From positions 1 to 64,000 of the forward strand of contig JAUCBJ010004912.1 of NCBI GenBank assembly GCA_032718475.1: DNA of 64,000 nucleotides. The letters are read 5' to 3'. This document shows positions 22,336 through 33,812 of the stretch, piece by piece (the first letter of the stretch is position 1; each line of letters begins with the position of its first letter). The position numbers and the translations under genes were made by a program. The notes below the pieces were generated by a model that ran no database searches, was not told the DNA's origin, and worked only from the letters and a program-made list of their open reading frames with translations. The DNA is from Nemertoderma westbladi. Lineage: Eukaryota > Animalia > Xenacoelomorpha.

Positions 22336-22576
22336 CTCTAGAAGTGGCACTTTTACAAAATAGGTGGAAAACGTAGGCCTATAGTAAACTTGAAAGAATA
22401 GGAAGACCTTTTTTTTCATTCTATACAGTAGGTTTGCAATGGTACCTAATCGATTGGAAGTGATTTTCAATGACCTGCTCGTTTTGTAGTTTTCATTACC
22501 AATGACTATATTAATACTCCAGTATTCTAAAACACTACATTTTGGCCAATGCCGTTTGCCTTGAACTCTCAGAAAT

Positions 22577-22931
22577 GGGGTCACTACAAAACAAAGACCC
22601 AGGACCCAAATAATAAAGACCTGTACAAAACACAGGTGTTAACTTTTGTTTATTTTTTGGTTCCCCCAACACGCCTCTGTAACCTGCTCCTTTACTAACC
22701 TGTTCATTTAAATGGCAATGGCACCTAACGCTCTTTGGGACCTAATGCGACTTTACCTTTTTGTTTTGTGGAGGTCACAAAGAGCGTTAAGTCTCAATGC
22801 AATTTAAAGGAGCAGGTTACTGCTTACATAGGAGTGTTGGGGGAACCAAGAAAATAAACGAAAGTTAAAACATGTTACAAGATTATGCACGTCTTTATAA
22901 TAGGGTTTTGGTCTTTGTTTTGTACTCACCC
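22577..22931. mobile_element. Degenerate palindromic MITE
   Basis: Long imperfect inverted arms (tacaaaacaaagacc/ggtctttgttttgta, ttggttcccccaacac/gtgttgggggaaccaa, gtaacctgctccttt/aaaggagcaggttac). Confidence 0.65.
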
Positions 22932-23021
22932 ATCACAAATGCGATCACTTTTGCTCTCAGCAAAAGCTGTACTTAATCGTTTGTAATGCTGTGAGTAACC
23001 TTACCTTATTTTTTTTAACAG

Positions 23022-23684
23022 AGCTGGGTGCTGGAATCTGTACGTGCAACTCACACTGGCCTTTGAGCGACACATTTGGAGGTAAAGATAAACTGGATCA
23101 CTTGAATGGAAAAATCGGCGGATCACTGACATACCGCAGAGGGCCTGGTGGTATTCCAAACCAGTCAGCTGACTTCCACGCTGGATATGTTCACATTCCC
23201 CACACTACCGAACTTAAATCGGAGACATTCACACTGACGGCGTTTGTTAAACTCACTGAGGGTGTCACAGGACCTATATTTGAATATGGAAGCACCACAT
23301 TATTTGGTTCTCATTTCTGGATGCATCCCGTTTTTTCATCTCTGTATTATAATTCGATGGTTACCACCCCTGAAACCTTACCCAACGCATGCCCCATCGT
23401 AGCATCATGGTATTTAGTGGCTCTCGGAGTGAAACAGGCTGGCAACCACGCATTCATGTATAGTAGACGACTTGGTAGTAACTCACACGTAATTGATGAA
23501 TGGAAACTAGCGAAAACAACCCGCAATTCAGGTGACTCCAACGATCTTCTTATAGGAAAACGTCTTTCAGGTGGCCAAGCTTTCAACGGGTACATTGCTG
23601 ATGGCAGATACTACGACTGCTATCTATCAGTGGAAGACTTAAACGATCTTTACGAAGAATTGCTTGCGGAAGAACCAACACAAT
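23022..23684 (+). CDS. Exon 2: LamG/concanavalin A-like (pentraxin/LamG3-type) domain 1
   Basis: Polypyrimidine tract with ACAG| acceptor and T|GTTAGT donor; 663 bp, phase 1-1. Motifs HWPL..., FTLTAFVK, GPIFEY, WYLVA, LLIGKR...FNGYIADGRYY...LS are typical of LamG3-like domains. Confidence 0.85.
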
Positions 23685-23860
23685 GTTAGTCAAACCTACA
23701 GTAGTTTACCTACATTTTAAGAATTTACCGAAATTCTAAAATGAATAGATTTGTGACCCACGTAAACCTTTTTAATAATAGTGTACAAAGTTTCGTTTAA
23801 TTTCATAAAAGTTTGACATTATTGGCGTTTTACAATTTTATGGTCAATTTTTGTTTTTAG

Positions 23861-24523
23861 TTAAGAACGCTGAGGCGTGCGATGCCGCCGGCCAATGGCC
23901 ATTGAATAAGAAATCTGGTGGAAAGGATGCTCAAGGAGTTCGCAACGGTGAGATACAAGGGAGTCTTACTTACGTTTCTGGTCCAGGTGGCTCGGTAGAC
24001 CAAGCCGCAGACTTCCACAACGGTTACGTGAAAGTATCCCACGGGCCTGAGATGCAAACCGAAAGTTACACACTTATTGCCTTCGTGAAAAGAACCGACG
24101 AGATTTCCGGGCCTATATTCGAGTACGGAGGCCCCAACGCCATTGGTACTCATTTATGGCTGTATTTGGCTCCGACAGATATTTACTTTAGTCAGCATAA
24201 TGGAGCTCCAATTCGACATCTACACAATGTCGTGGATACCAACGTGTGGTACATGGTGGCTGCCGGTGTTCACAAAACTGACAACTCGACCTTTGTTTAT
24301 GTACGTCGTGCTGGTAAAAAAGAATTCACCATCACCGATTACATTTCCAATTCGACCACGAGAAGTCCCGGCGATACCAGCCCGTTACAAATCGGTCGTC
24401 GTGAAATTGGTAACGCCAAATTCCATGGGCATATCGCAAAGGCTATGTACTATAATTGCTATTTCACGGTCGGTGAATTAAACGAGATTCACGATGAAAT
24501 GATTCTGTTAGAGAAAACAACAG
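23861..24523 (+). CDS. Exon 3: LamG/concanavalin A-like domain 2
   Basis: TTTTTAG| acceptor, G|GTTAGT donor; 663 bp, phase 1-1. Paralogous to exon 2 (QWPL, GPGG, ADFH, YTLIAFVK, GPIFEYG, WYMVA, LQIGRR, FHGHI). Confidence 0.85.
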
Positions 24524-24626
24524 GTTAGTTAAGTTTGTGTTTTTACACAAAACTGTTTGTTTTACACTGTTTGTGTTCTTGGTGTCATTACACTGTAACG
24601 GTGCCGAAATTGTAAGTTGCACCGTC

Positions 24627-24946
24627 TATGTTGCTGGGCTCGCCGGTGCCGGTACTGTGTTTGTAGGCTATGGCTGACCGCGAGATCTGGTGCCTCCATG
24701 TTGCTGGGTCCGCCTGCACTGTGTATGGCTGACCACGAGATCTGGGAGCGCAATGTTGCTGGGTCCACCACCACCAGCACTGTGTGTGTATGGCTGACCG
24801 CGAGATCTGGGAACGCCTTGTTGCTGGGTCCACCAGCACTGTGTGTGTATGGCTGAGCACGAGATCTGGGAGCGCTATGTTGCTGGGTCCACCAGCATTG
24901 TGTGTTTATGGCTGACCGCGAGATCTGGGAACGCCTTGTTGCTGGG
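24627..24946. repeat. ~60-bp minisatellite, about 5 copies, just after exon 3
   Basis: Units tgttgctgggtccaccagcactgtgtgtgtatggctgaccgcgagatctggga. Confidence 0.85.
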
Positions 24947-26928
24947 TAAGCCTGCATTAGCATTGTGTATTATCTTACTTAATGAGGATGCTTCAATTAC
25001 CGTACGTCCATTGACCAAATTGCAGCAAATGAAAATTTATAGAACTCTCCCCATATCAAAATATCAAATTGTTGTAAAAAAAATCTTGCCCCCAGTCACT
25101 GCCCCCAGTTAACTCGATGGCATGGCCTTGTATATAGTACACCTTCATTGTTGCCCAGCTACATATGGAATTAATAAACAAAATGTTCCAGAATATTGTG
25201 CATTTATTAAATAGAGTAAATGGCCTGTAGGGGAAGCAAATACATGCAATATTCGAATGCCCATTTTCTCATCTATTTCCCAACCAAATTCAAATGTTTT
25301 TACAAATTTGGAATCCTTGCATGGGTAGCTTTCTATTGGTACCATCACATCAACCGTACCAGGTACAATTAACAACTTTACAATATAAATAACATTTAGC
25401 TATGGTGGCTGATGGATTAATGGTACATCTTTACTTTGACTTATAAAACAGAGTTGAATCACATTTAATCAAATGTGATTCAAAGGATATTGTAAATATA
25501 TGTACTACCCGTTACTGACTCACATGCAATTGGACAAAGAAAAATTACCCAATAGTATTTTGACAAATTCTCTTGAAATGTTTAACGCCATACGTTATAA
25601 CTTTCACAATGCGAGGTAGATACATCAAATTTTGTAAATTTGTAAGTTAATAGCAGAAACATACTGTACATGGTGGTAAACCTCATTTATAGAGAAATTG
25701 TTCGATACGGACTCACAGAAAAAAATGTTACGGACTCACACTTGAAATCGTTATGCACTCGTTATATTGTTTAGAAAAAAAGAGCAACGACCAATGAATG
25801 TTTATACAATAAATATCTTTATTACTTATATACCTTTCACAATGTACCTTAAGAATCACTAATAGATATATCTTTAGTAGTGTTCATGAAGTTAACCGTA
25901 TATCATATCTATGAGATTGAGTAGGCATATTTGGTGTGTGTATTATAGTAGTGTATATTTAATATCCTATAAGTTAATATGACCATAATTTGTTAAAATG
26001 ACCAATTTCTAGTTCTTTAAAAACATAAATACCATGTTCACGGAAAATTTTTTATACTGGAAAATAAATTTTGAACAGTATTTCGTTGTATTTATGTTTT
26101 ACGATCACTACTATCATTGTAATTCCTTAATCCCTGGCCTAACAGAACGATTTTTTTGTATCACAATCCATCATTCGCTCACTCGTTTCATGAAATCTTG
26201 GCGAACTTCGAGGATATCATACTATACCACCATCTTGGTCAGTAATTTCTGTCATCCGTGATATATGCCGTTTGGCCCCTTCAGCGCCAGAAATGTGAGC
26301 ATTAGACGTAAGAGATAGGATTAAAGGATTAAACGGGCGCAATGAAGAATGTCATACAGTAGTATGATGTATGAATGAATACGTTCGAATGTACTGTCGA
26401 TGGACAATTATCAGACTAAAAGGAGCTGAATACTTTCAGTTTACATAGTGAATACTGTAATGTATAAAAAGCAGAATGATTCTTAACTAACCTACCGCAT
26501 GGTGAGTCCGTAACGAACAATTTGTGAGTCCGTAACGCTGTTCTTTAACAGTTCAGCTGCAATGCAGACCATAGAGACCTAATGGATGGTTTTGATTGGT
26601 TGTAAACCCAAAGGAATATGATTGTCAGTGCAATACACCGGTACATGCGGGGTTTACTCCAAATTAAAACTTTAAGTACTTTTCGTTACGGACTCACATA
26701 ATTCTGTAGGCCAAATCTAAAATTTTTGAAACTTTGAATACACAATGCTATTCTGTCTATATTCAAATTTTTATCATCAATAGCATCTAATAAATGTTGA
26801 ATTTTCGGTTGGTGTAACCTGTCTAAATCAGACAATTTCAATGGTAGTAAGATTATGTCAAAAATGACATGGATTAATTTCTGCAAAATTGAAAATACGT
26901 AAAAAAATTTCCTCATATTGAGGAAATT

Positions 26929-27813
26929 CCCCCCCCCCCCCCACAATTTTTCTACTAATCGTAATGAGATTGCATGAAATTTTAAACAGAGACAGTTTAA
27001 TCTCCCGTCCACTGACTGGGTGAGCCAGAATTTTTTTTTTTGCTTTCATTCTTTAGCTACAAGCGTTTGAAAAAATTGTCTCCTGCGATATTACACCAAT
27101 TACACCGCAGTTATTCTTCAATCTTATAGTGATTTATAGGTAGAGTTAGGAAGCTGGCCATCCATACAAGGATTCCAAATATGTATCGCAATCTGAATTT
27201 CGTCGTAAAATAGCTGAGATATTAGCGTTCAAATGTTGCATGGTTTTACGCGCGCGCAAGGCTATTTAAGGATATTTTATTCTATTTATTAAATACACCC
27301 TATTCTAGAACATTTTGTTTATTCCATACGTAGCTGGACAACAATGCAATAACTCTATAACCATACTATTTAGCGTAGCTATTCATACATAAACTAAGTG
27401 TTCCAGAATATAGTTTATTTGTTAATAATACTAAAATAACCTCGCGCACGCGCAGGCGCAAAACCACGCAACTTTCGAACGCTCATATCTGCGCTATATT
27501 ACGACGAAATTCAGATTGCGATACATATTTGGAATCGTTGCATGGCCAGCTTCCTAACTCTACCTATAAATCACTATAAGGTTGAAGAATGATTGCACTG
27601 TGACCTGTGAAATATCGCCGGAGACACCTTTTCAAACGCTTGTAGCTAAAGAATGAAAGCAAAAATATAAATTCTGGCTCACCCACGGAGGAGGAGGGAG
27701 GTGAAACTATCTCTGTTTCAAATTTCATGCAATCTCATTAAGATTTGTAAAAAAATTTTTTTTTTTTGGTGGGCAGGTACCTGAATAACGACACTATATT
27801 CCAGGACATAGTG
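26929..27813. mobile_element. Palindromic MITE (Tc1/mariner-like, TA flank), left end truncated
   Basis: Near-identical to 55265..56205; right end ...ccaggacatagtg followed by TA. Confidence 0.75.
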
Positions 27814-27814
27814 T

Positions 27815-28800
27815 AATTAAAGACTGAAATAGGTTATATCTAAGGTCAAACCCAATATATAGAAATTGTAACAAATACTTATTGAGAGAAAATAGGGCCT
27901 TGCTTCCCTTGTCGGCCAAAAGTTTTTGCGCTGGCGTGAATGAACCCATACATGACATCTTAATACCCAAGTAGGTGTAGTGTGGCACGGTCTCTATATC
28001 ATTCCCTTTGTATGTCCATTTTTCAGTTAACTAGAGTGTAGGCCTACCCCCTTTGCGGAAGACTACCTCATTCGATTTTTTGATATTAACTTGCAATCCC
28101 CAATAGTCAGAGAAACAATAAATGAAAATATCCTATATCCATACCGCTGATGCCACCTTTCCCCAATTCAGCTTCCAGATCATTCATGAAAAATTAGAAT
28201 AAAATTTGTGACAAGCACTCGCCCTGAATAACTCCCATGTAAGAGTCAAATCCGTCTGATAAAAGACAATTAGATTTAACACAAGATTTGACGTTAGAGT
28301 ACAGTACATACTCTTATTTACCTTAAATAGATTGCCGCTGAAACCTATGCAATCTAGTTTGAACCACAAAGCCTCTCTGTTTATGGAATCAAAGGCCTTG
28401 GCGAAATTGATAAAGGCACAATAAAGATTCCCTTTCGTTCCACCAACACCAATGAAGTGATTAATAAGGCCACTCAGGGCGAAAATGTGGTCTGTTGTGC
28501 GGTATCCCTGCTGAAACCTGCCTGTGACTCTGTGATGATGTCCAGGTAGTCCGACCAAAAGACTAACCTCTTGTTAATTAAACTTGTGAATAGCTTCGCA
28601 ATACAGCTGATAAGAGAAATTCCTCGATAATTTTCTGGCAATTTAGTGGACCCCTTATTCTTGTAAATCGGTGAAATTACAGCTACTGCCCACTGCCCAT
28701 GCTCTCGGAAATTAGCCAGATGAGAGAATAGAGTTATTTTAAATAGCACCGTAAAAACTGGCACCAGAGTTTCTTTGCCTTCAATTAAAAATTCATTAAC
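27815..28800 (-). pseudogene. Decayed non-LTR RT fragment
   Basis: PENYRGISLISCIAKLFT, ESQAGF, FINFAKAFDSINR, YTYLGI; broken by frameshifts and deletions. Confidence 0.8.
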
Positions 28801-30334
28801 AATTTAGCCTAGCATGCTAATGGACCGTATTGTGTAAGCGCATAATTAAAACAAACAGTCTGACGGTCCAATCAAGGGATTCAATCAAAATAGAATTACA
28901 TAATCTTCAGTCAATTTAATTTATCGCAGCAAAGTTGTAATTTGTACCAAATCAATCAAAATACCTGAAGACTAAGATCTTTCATGCCACAGTGGAAAGT
29001 GTACTTTTATACGTTTATACGGGGTGAGACCTTGATTACAATTGATTCAAATTGTTCAAAATTCGGTTCGAATGTCCGGAACAATGTTATAAAACGATGC
29101 AATTGACAGAATTTAAACATCTGTCTTACTTTTAAAATTATTCCATTTTTTCGAAATTTTTCACCAAAAATAACTAAAAAACTCGAAAAAGTCACAAAAA
29201 ATTTCAAATTTTGACTATAACTTTGGTTAAATTCAAAATTTCAAAATTTTGTCAATTGCATAGTTAAAACACTTCATCAAGACCACGCATGCCAAAAATC
29301 AGCCAGTTTTGACCAATTCCCTACAAGTAGTAGCATTTTAAAATATAAAAAAGTGCAAAAAAATGAAATAGGAATAAATCCAATTTAAAGTTCGAAAGCA
29401 GATTAGTTTGATAAAAATATCTTAGTTTTGCAATATTTTCAGTTAAAATAACTCAATTTACGAATTTTTTTTTTTTAACATGTAGTGCTCCATGTGCTAC
29501 ATGCGGAATTTTCGGTTTTAAGTAAAGATCACCAATACGATGTATATTAATTAATGATTATGACATTGTGACATAGTGATTTTGACATTTACGTTCTGGG
29601 CATATACTACTGCAATCTTGTAATTCGTGTAATCAGAATTTCAGAATCCTAGGCTAACCTAACAGCTGTGACTGTTCTAGCTATCATGAGCTAGGGTTAG
29701 GCAGACGGTTCCAGCTAGGATTAGGGAGCAAACGGTTAATATTGGGGTTAGGGTTAGATTACAGTTAGGTTGGGGTTCTGACTATGTTGACCCTAACCAA
29801 AAAAATTAACCCACACTACCGGTACGGCAGTGTGGGTAGGGACAGATTTGTGTTAGAGCCGAATTCACAGTCAGACAGTACAAGGGAAAGGGTAATGTTC
29901 ACAGATACTCGTTTAAATTTACCGCCACTGATGCTTAGATACAGTTGCTAAGCAACATTACACTGGATACACCAGAAAACCGAAAATAAACTTCTTATGA
30001 GTGAAAATACGAAAAATTTGGATATTTTTGTGCCAGATTAAGGTGTACGAAACTCCATATATCTCGAAAACTAAAAGTCGCTCTGTCAAACCGTTTGCAT
30101 ATTTGGAATCTCCATTAAAAATCGGCTTAGAACAAAAAATAAAAAAAATGACCAAAATTCTTCAAAAAAAAAAATTTAATTACATAGTGCCCCCCTTATA
30201 TGTGTAGTGCATATCTTATGTACATAATAAAATAACTCACTAACAATACAGTGTTATGCATGGGGCAACATGTAAACCCACACCGGATATATGAATTATT
30301 CACAACTTGCACACGTTTTTATATATATTTTCAG

Positions 30335-30448
30335 CGGATCCTTGTTATAAACACGATTGTGGTGACCACAGTTCCTGTAAGGTTAGCAAAGGAGCAGCGA
30401 AATGTAACTGTCATGCCGGAACCGTACTGAAGGATGGAATCTGTGTCA
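30335..30448 (+). CDS. Exon 4: EGF-like domain 1
   Basis: TTTTCAG| ... A|GTAAGT, phase 1-1. DPCYKHDCGDHSSCKVSKGAAKCNCHAGTVLKDGIC has six-Cys EGF spacing. Confidence 0.85.
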
Positions 30449-30592
30449 GTAAGTCTGAACATTTTGTAGTTAGGAATAGTCAGAAATATATTGTGTTTGG
30501 GTTTGTTGACCCTGCTGGAATGATTAGTAAAGTTATGAAGTTCTATAATTCCAGAGGTAGTTCCTTGCCCAGACCACCGCTGTAAACATACT

Positions 30593-31104
30593 TTAAAGGA
30601 TTAAAGGCGGGTAGCAGATCTGTGGGTGGTCAAAACAGAGTTTATTGCCAATATTTCGGCCCAAACATGAAATTATATTGAAACAAATGAACAATATAAA
30701 ACAAACAAACAGGCCTTCAACAGGGCATCTCGGTAATGCCTAGCCTACAGTATAACTACTGAAAAACTACTGAAAAAAAAATAAAATATTTGTGCTACGC
30801 GTAGCCGACGGGCTATTATATGTTGAACCACTGGGCCCGTATCGGTACTATCAGACTGTTGGTGCAGTAGTGATGTAGTTATAGTACAGTTTAGTGCTGT
30901 TAGTTTGAGTAGTGTTTTAGTTTTTCAGTAGTTAGGCTAGGCATTATACCGAGCTGCCCCGTTGAAGGCCTGGTTGGTTGTTTGTTTTATATTGTTCATT
31001 TGTTTCAATATACTGTACATGTGATTTCATGTTTGGGCCGAAATATTGGCAATAAACTCAGTTTTGACCACCCACAGATCTGCTACCCGCCTTTAATCCT
31101 TTAA
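30593..31104. mobile_element. Palindromic MITE with TTAA-AGG ends (Kolobok-like)
   Basis: ttaaaggattaaaggcgggtagcagatctgtgggtggtcaaaac at the left end and its reverse complement at the right end; arms ~180 bp. Superfamily inferred from the termini only. Confidence 0.75.
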
Positions 31105-31215
31105 AGTAAGTTCTATAATTAGCCTAAATCATGTGACTGCATCATCCGCAACGCCCGCCCGCCCGAATTACTCCATTACAAAAATTAAAATTTATATAAA
31201 CTTTTTGTATTCTAG

Positions 31216-31358
31216 AAAGTAATCCATGTTCAGGTCATATCTGTGGTGAACACCAGATTTGTAAGGAAATCGACAACAAGGCAGTTTGTAAGTGTACCGG
31301 AAATTTGGGAATGAACCTGAATACACACCAATGCAAGGATTGTTCTGACCCCAAAGTT
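31216..31358 (+). CDS. Exon 5: EGF-like domain 2 and start of EGF 3
   Basis: TTCTAG| ... |GTGAGT, phase 1-0. Reads NPCSGHICGEHQICKEIDNKAVCKCTGNLGMNLNTHQCKDCSDPKV. Confidence 0.82.
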
Positions 31359-32254
31359 GTGAGTTGTGTTAAATAATATTGAGAATAATATATATACGTA
31401 TCCTGCTTACATAGGAGTCACTCGAGATGATAAATAAAATGCCTAAATAAAGACTGCTTCCTTGTCTTCCATAAAAAGCCCTTTAAGCCTATGGTAATTT
31501 GTGCCTAACTAAAAACTTTTCATCGAACGCCTGTTCATCGTAACGCTGTTTCTTGTTTCTTCACTTGTCTGTTGGTCTGTCTGTCTTTATATCAACTAGA
31601 CAGTATGTTTTTCAGTCGCCAAATCTTTGAGGCTAATACTAATCTTGCTAACTCCATCATGCGCAAAGTCTCCGCGAATATGTTATTGTGTTGTCTGTAA
31701 CATTAGGTCGGTTATCGGTCGGTTATTAGGATAGCTTGGTCTGTGTAAGTGCCAGTCAACTAGTTGGAGTGCTCTGGTGTAATGGTTCTCTACGTGGGTA
31801 TATCTCTAGGTAGACGTCAGCATTGAAAGCTTTAAGTCTCCCTCACACTCGGGCGTCATGTCTCCCCACATGGGCTTTTTTTATATTAATTGATATAATT
31901 TCAAAACGGCTGAGCCAAAACTGGAAAACAATATATGGCAGGATAGTGCAATAATTAGTCAACACATGTTGTGAATTACAATTAACATAAGTAAAATAAG
32001 GATGCGAGTTTCCATTCGTTGTAAAGGGCAAAAATTTACCGTTGAAATCAGAAAACGTTTATTGACAATAAAACAAAAAATAACCAAAAAGGTAATAAAA
32101 CGTTGTTGCGCGGGTGTAGTTAACCTGGATTTTACACATTTTTGTGTGATATTGTTAAATAATTTAGAATAGTTTTTGAGTTATTAAAGAAATCAAGTCT
32201 CCCCTAAAGTCAAGTCTCCCTCACTCACCCTGACCCTACATTTTTTTGTTTAAG

Positions 32255-32369
32255 GTTTGTGGAGCTAACTCCAATTGCAAAGTTAAAGATTCCGTGCTTC
32301 TATGTGGTTGTAGTGAGGGATATGTGGACAACGGTGATGGCGCCTGTATAAAAACGCCACCTAGACCAG
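32255..32369 (+). CDS. Exon 6: rest of EGF-like domain 3
   Basis: TTTAAG| ... G|GTTAGC, phase 0-1. VCGANSNCKVKDSVLLCGCSEGYVDNGDGACIKTPPRP completes the EGF begun in exon 5. Confidence 0.82.
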
Positions 32370-32889
32370 GTTAGCTGACTCTAATGTGTAGGAAGTAGGA
32401 GTCTGTATTAAACTTTTACTAAACTAGTTTCGCGAATTCTATGAGTCTGTATACACTACGTGTAGTAGTAGGAGTATGGCCGGCTCGGTGACAGTTAGTC
32501 CTCACTCGACTAGACTGTCTGGATGACACCTCCCAATTAGGCTAATTAGACCCTAATTGAAAGGTGTCATCAATTAATTAGTGCATTTAATCCCTAATAG
32601 CTGTCTTACGACTCCTAATTAGGGATTAATTGATTATCCTAATTAATCAGACCGATTAGCGCACTAATATTCTAATGGGTGCTATGACTCACCGATGAGT
32701 CATGAGTGATGACTAACCATCGCCTAAAGGGCCATACGGGTGTCATAAGTGACACCTCTGACACCGCTCTTATACCCCTTAAGCTATATGTATCCGAGCG
32801 GCCCCAACAATGACTCACCTTCTCGCCTGTCAAGGCACGAGTTTCTGTAGGTTGTAGGCCCTGCTTCATATTAATTAAGTGTTGACTAT

Positions 32890-33235
32890 AGATGTTGACT
32901 TTCAGACATTTCGCCCTCTAGCGGTAGACTAGAGAACTACGGAACGATCAAAAGTAAAGTAAAGTTTAGTCTATGCCGTAGTAGATGCCTACCAAGTTTC
33001 ACCTTAAGCAGATTAAAAACACCAAATGAGATCAGGTTTCCACTTTAAGATAATTCGCCCTCTATCGGCAGACTAGAGAACTGCAGGCTGATCAAACTCC
33101 TCGGTAAAGTAAAGGCTATGCCATAGTAGATGCCTACCGAGTTTCAGTGTAAGCGGATTGTAAATAACAAAGTTAGAAAAGATGTTAACTTTCAGATAAT
33201 ACACCCTCTAGCGGCAGACTATAGAATTGCAGGCG
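32890..33235. repeat. Three degenerate ~145-bp tandem units (possible Helentron/HINE-type core repeats)
   Basis: actttcagacatttcgccctctagcggcagact-like motif at ~32898, ~33042 and ~33188; the same family occurs at 56255..56690. Confidence 0.6.
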
Positions 33236-33812
33236 GCTAGTGAATACTTAGTAGAAAGTTGAGTAGTCAAATTTACTATTAGAGGCGGTGTAACATGTAA
33301 TCATTTAGACACTGACGTGCTGCGCGTAGGCTGCATTCAATATAATTTATCAAAACGGCGTCTTTAATTAAAGTGAATTGCGACCTCTCGCAATCGAGAA
33401 TCGGCCCCATATATTGTTCATTCATGCGTGATCCGGATTGAGAGCCTGCTGCTTTGGGGTTATAATTGAAGTAACTGTATAGACTGTATAGACTGTAACT
33501 GCATACAGTGCACTGATCCAGGTTAGGCCTGTACCAAAGAAAGTCAGCACTTAATTGTCACCTTCAACGCTTAGCGCACAATTGCGATGAATTCGATTAG
33601 TTACAAGCTCTCATATTTGCTGACATACCTTATAGGTATCGATGATAGAAATAGATATCGCTTCAAAATACGACTGGTAAAATATACTCGTGAAATTTTC
33701 CTACATTTTTGGCGTAGCCTAATTGAGTTCTTGAGTTAGAGTTTCTGGATACCTAGCTAAAGTAATACTTACCTTACTTCGTGGCTCGCCGCACACACCT
33801 CAAGGCATGAAA

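Noticed and set aside
24627-24946. Repeat-derived ORFs and CRISPR-like look (also 59232..59640)
   Set aside because: Plain head-to-tail minisatellites; ORFs occur on both strands without domain signal.
29640-29800. TTAGGG-like motifs
   Set aside because: Scattered and degenerate, not a telomeric array; more likely part of a dispersed repeat.
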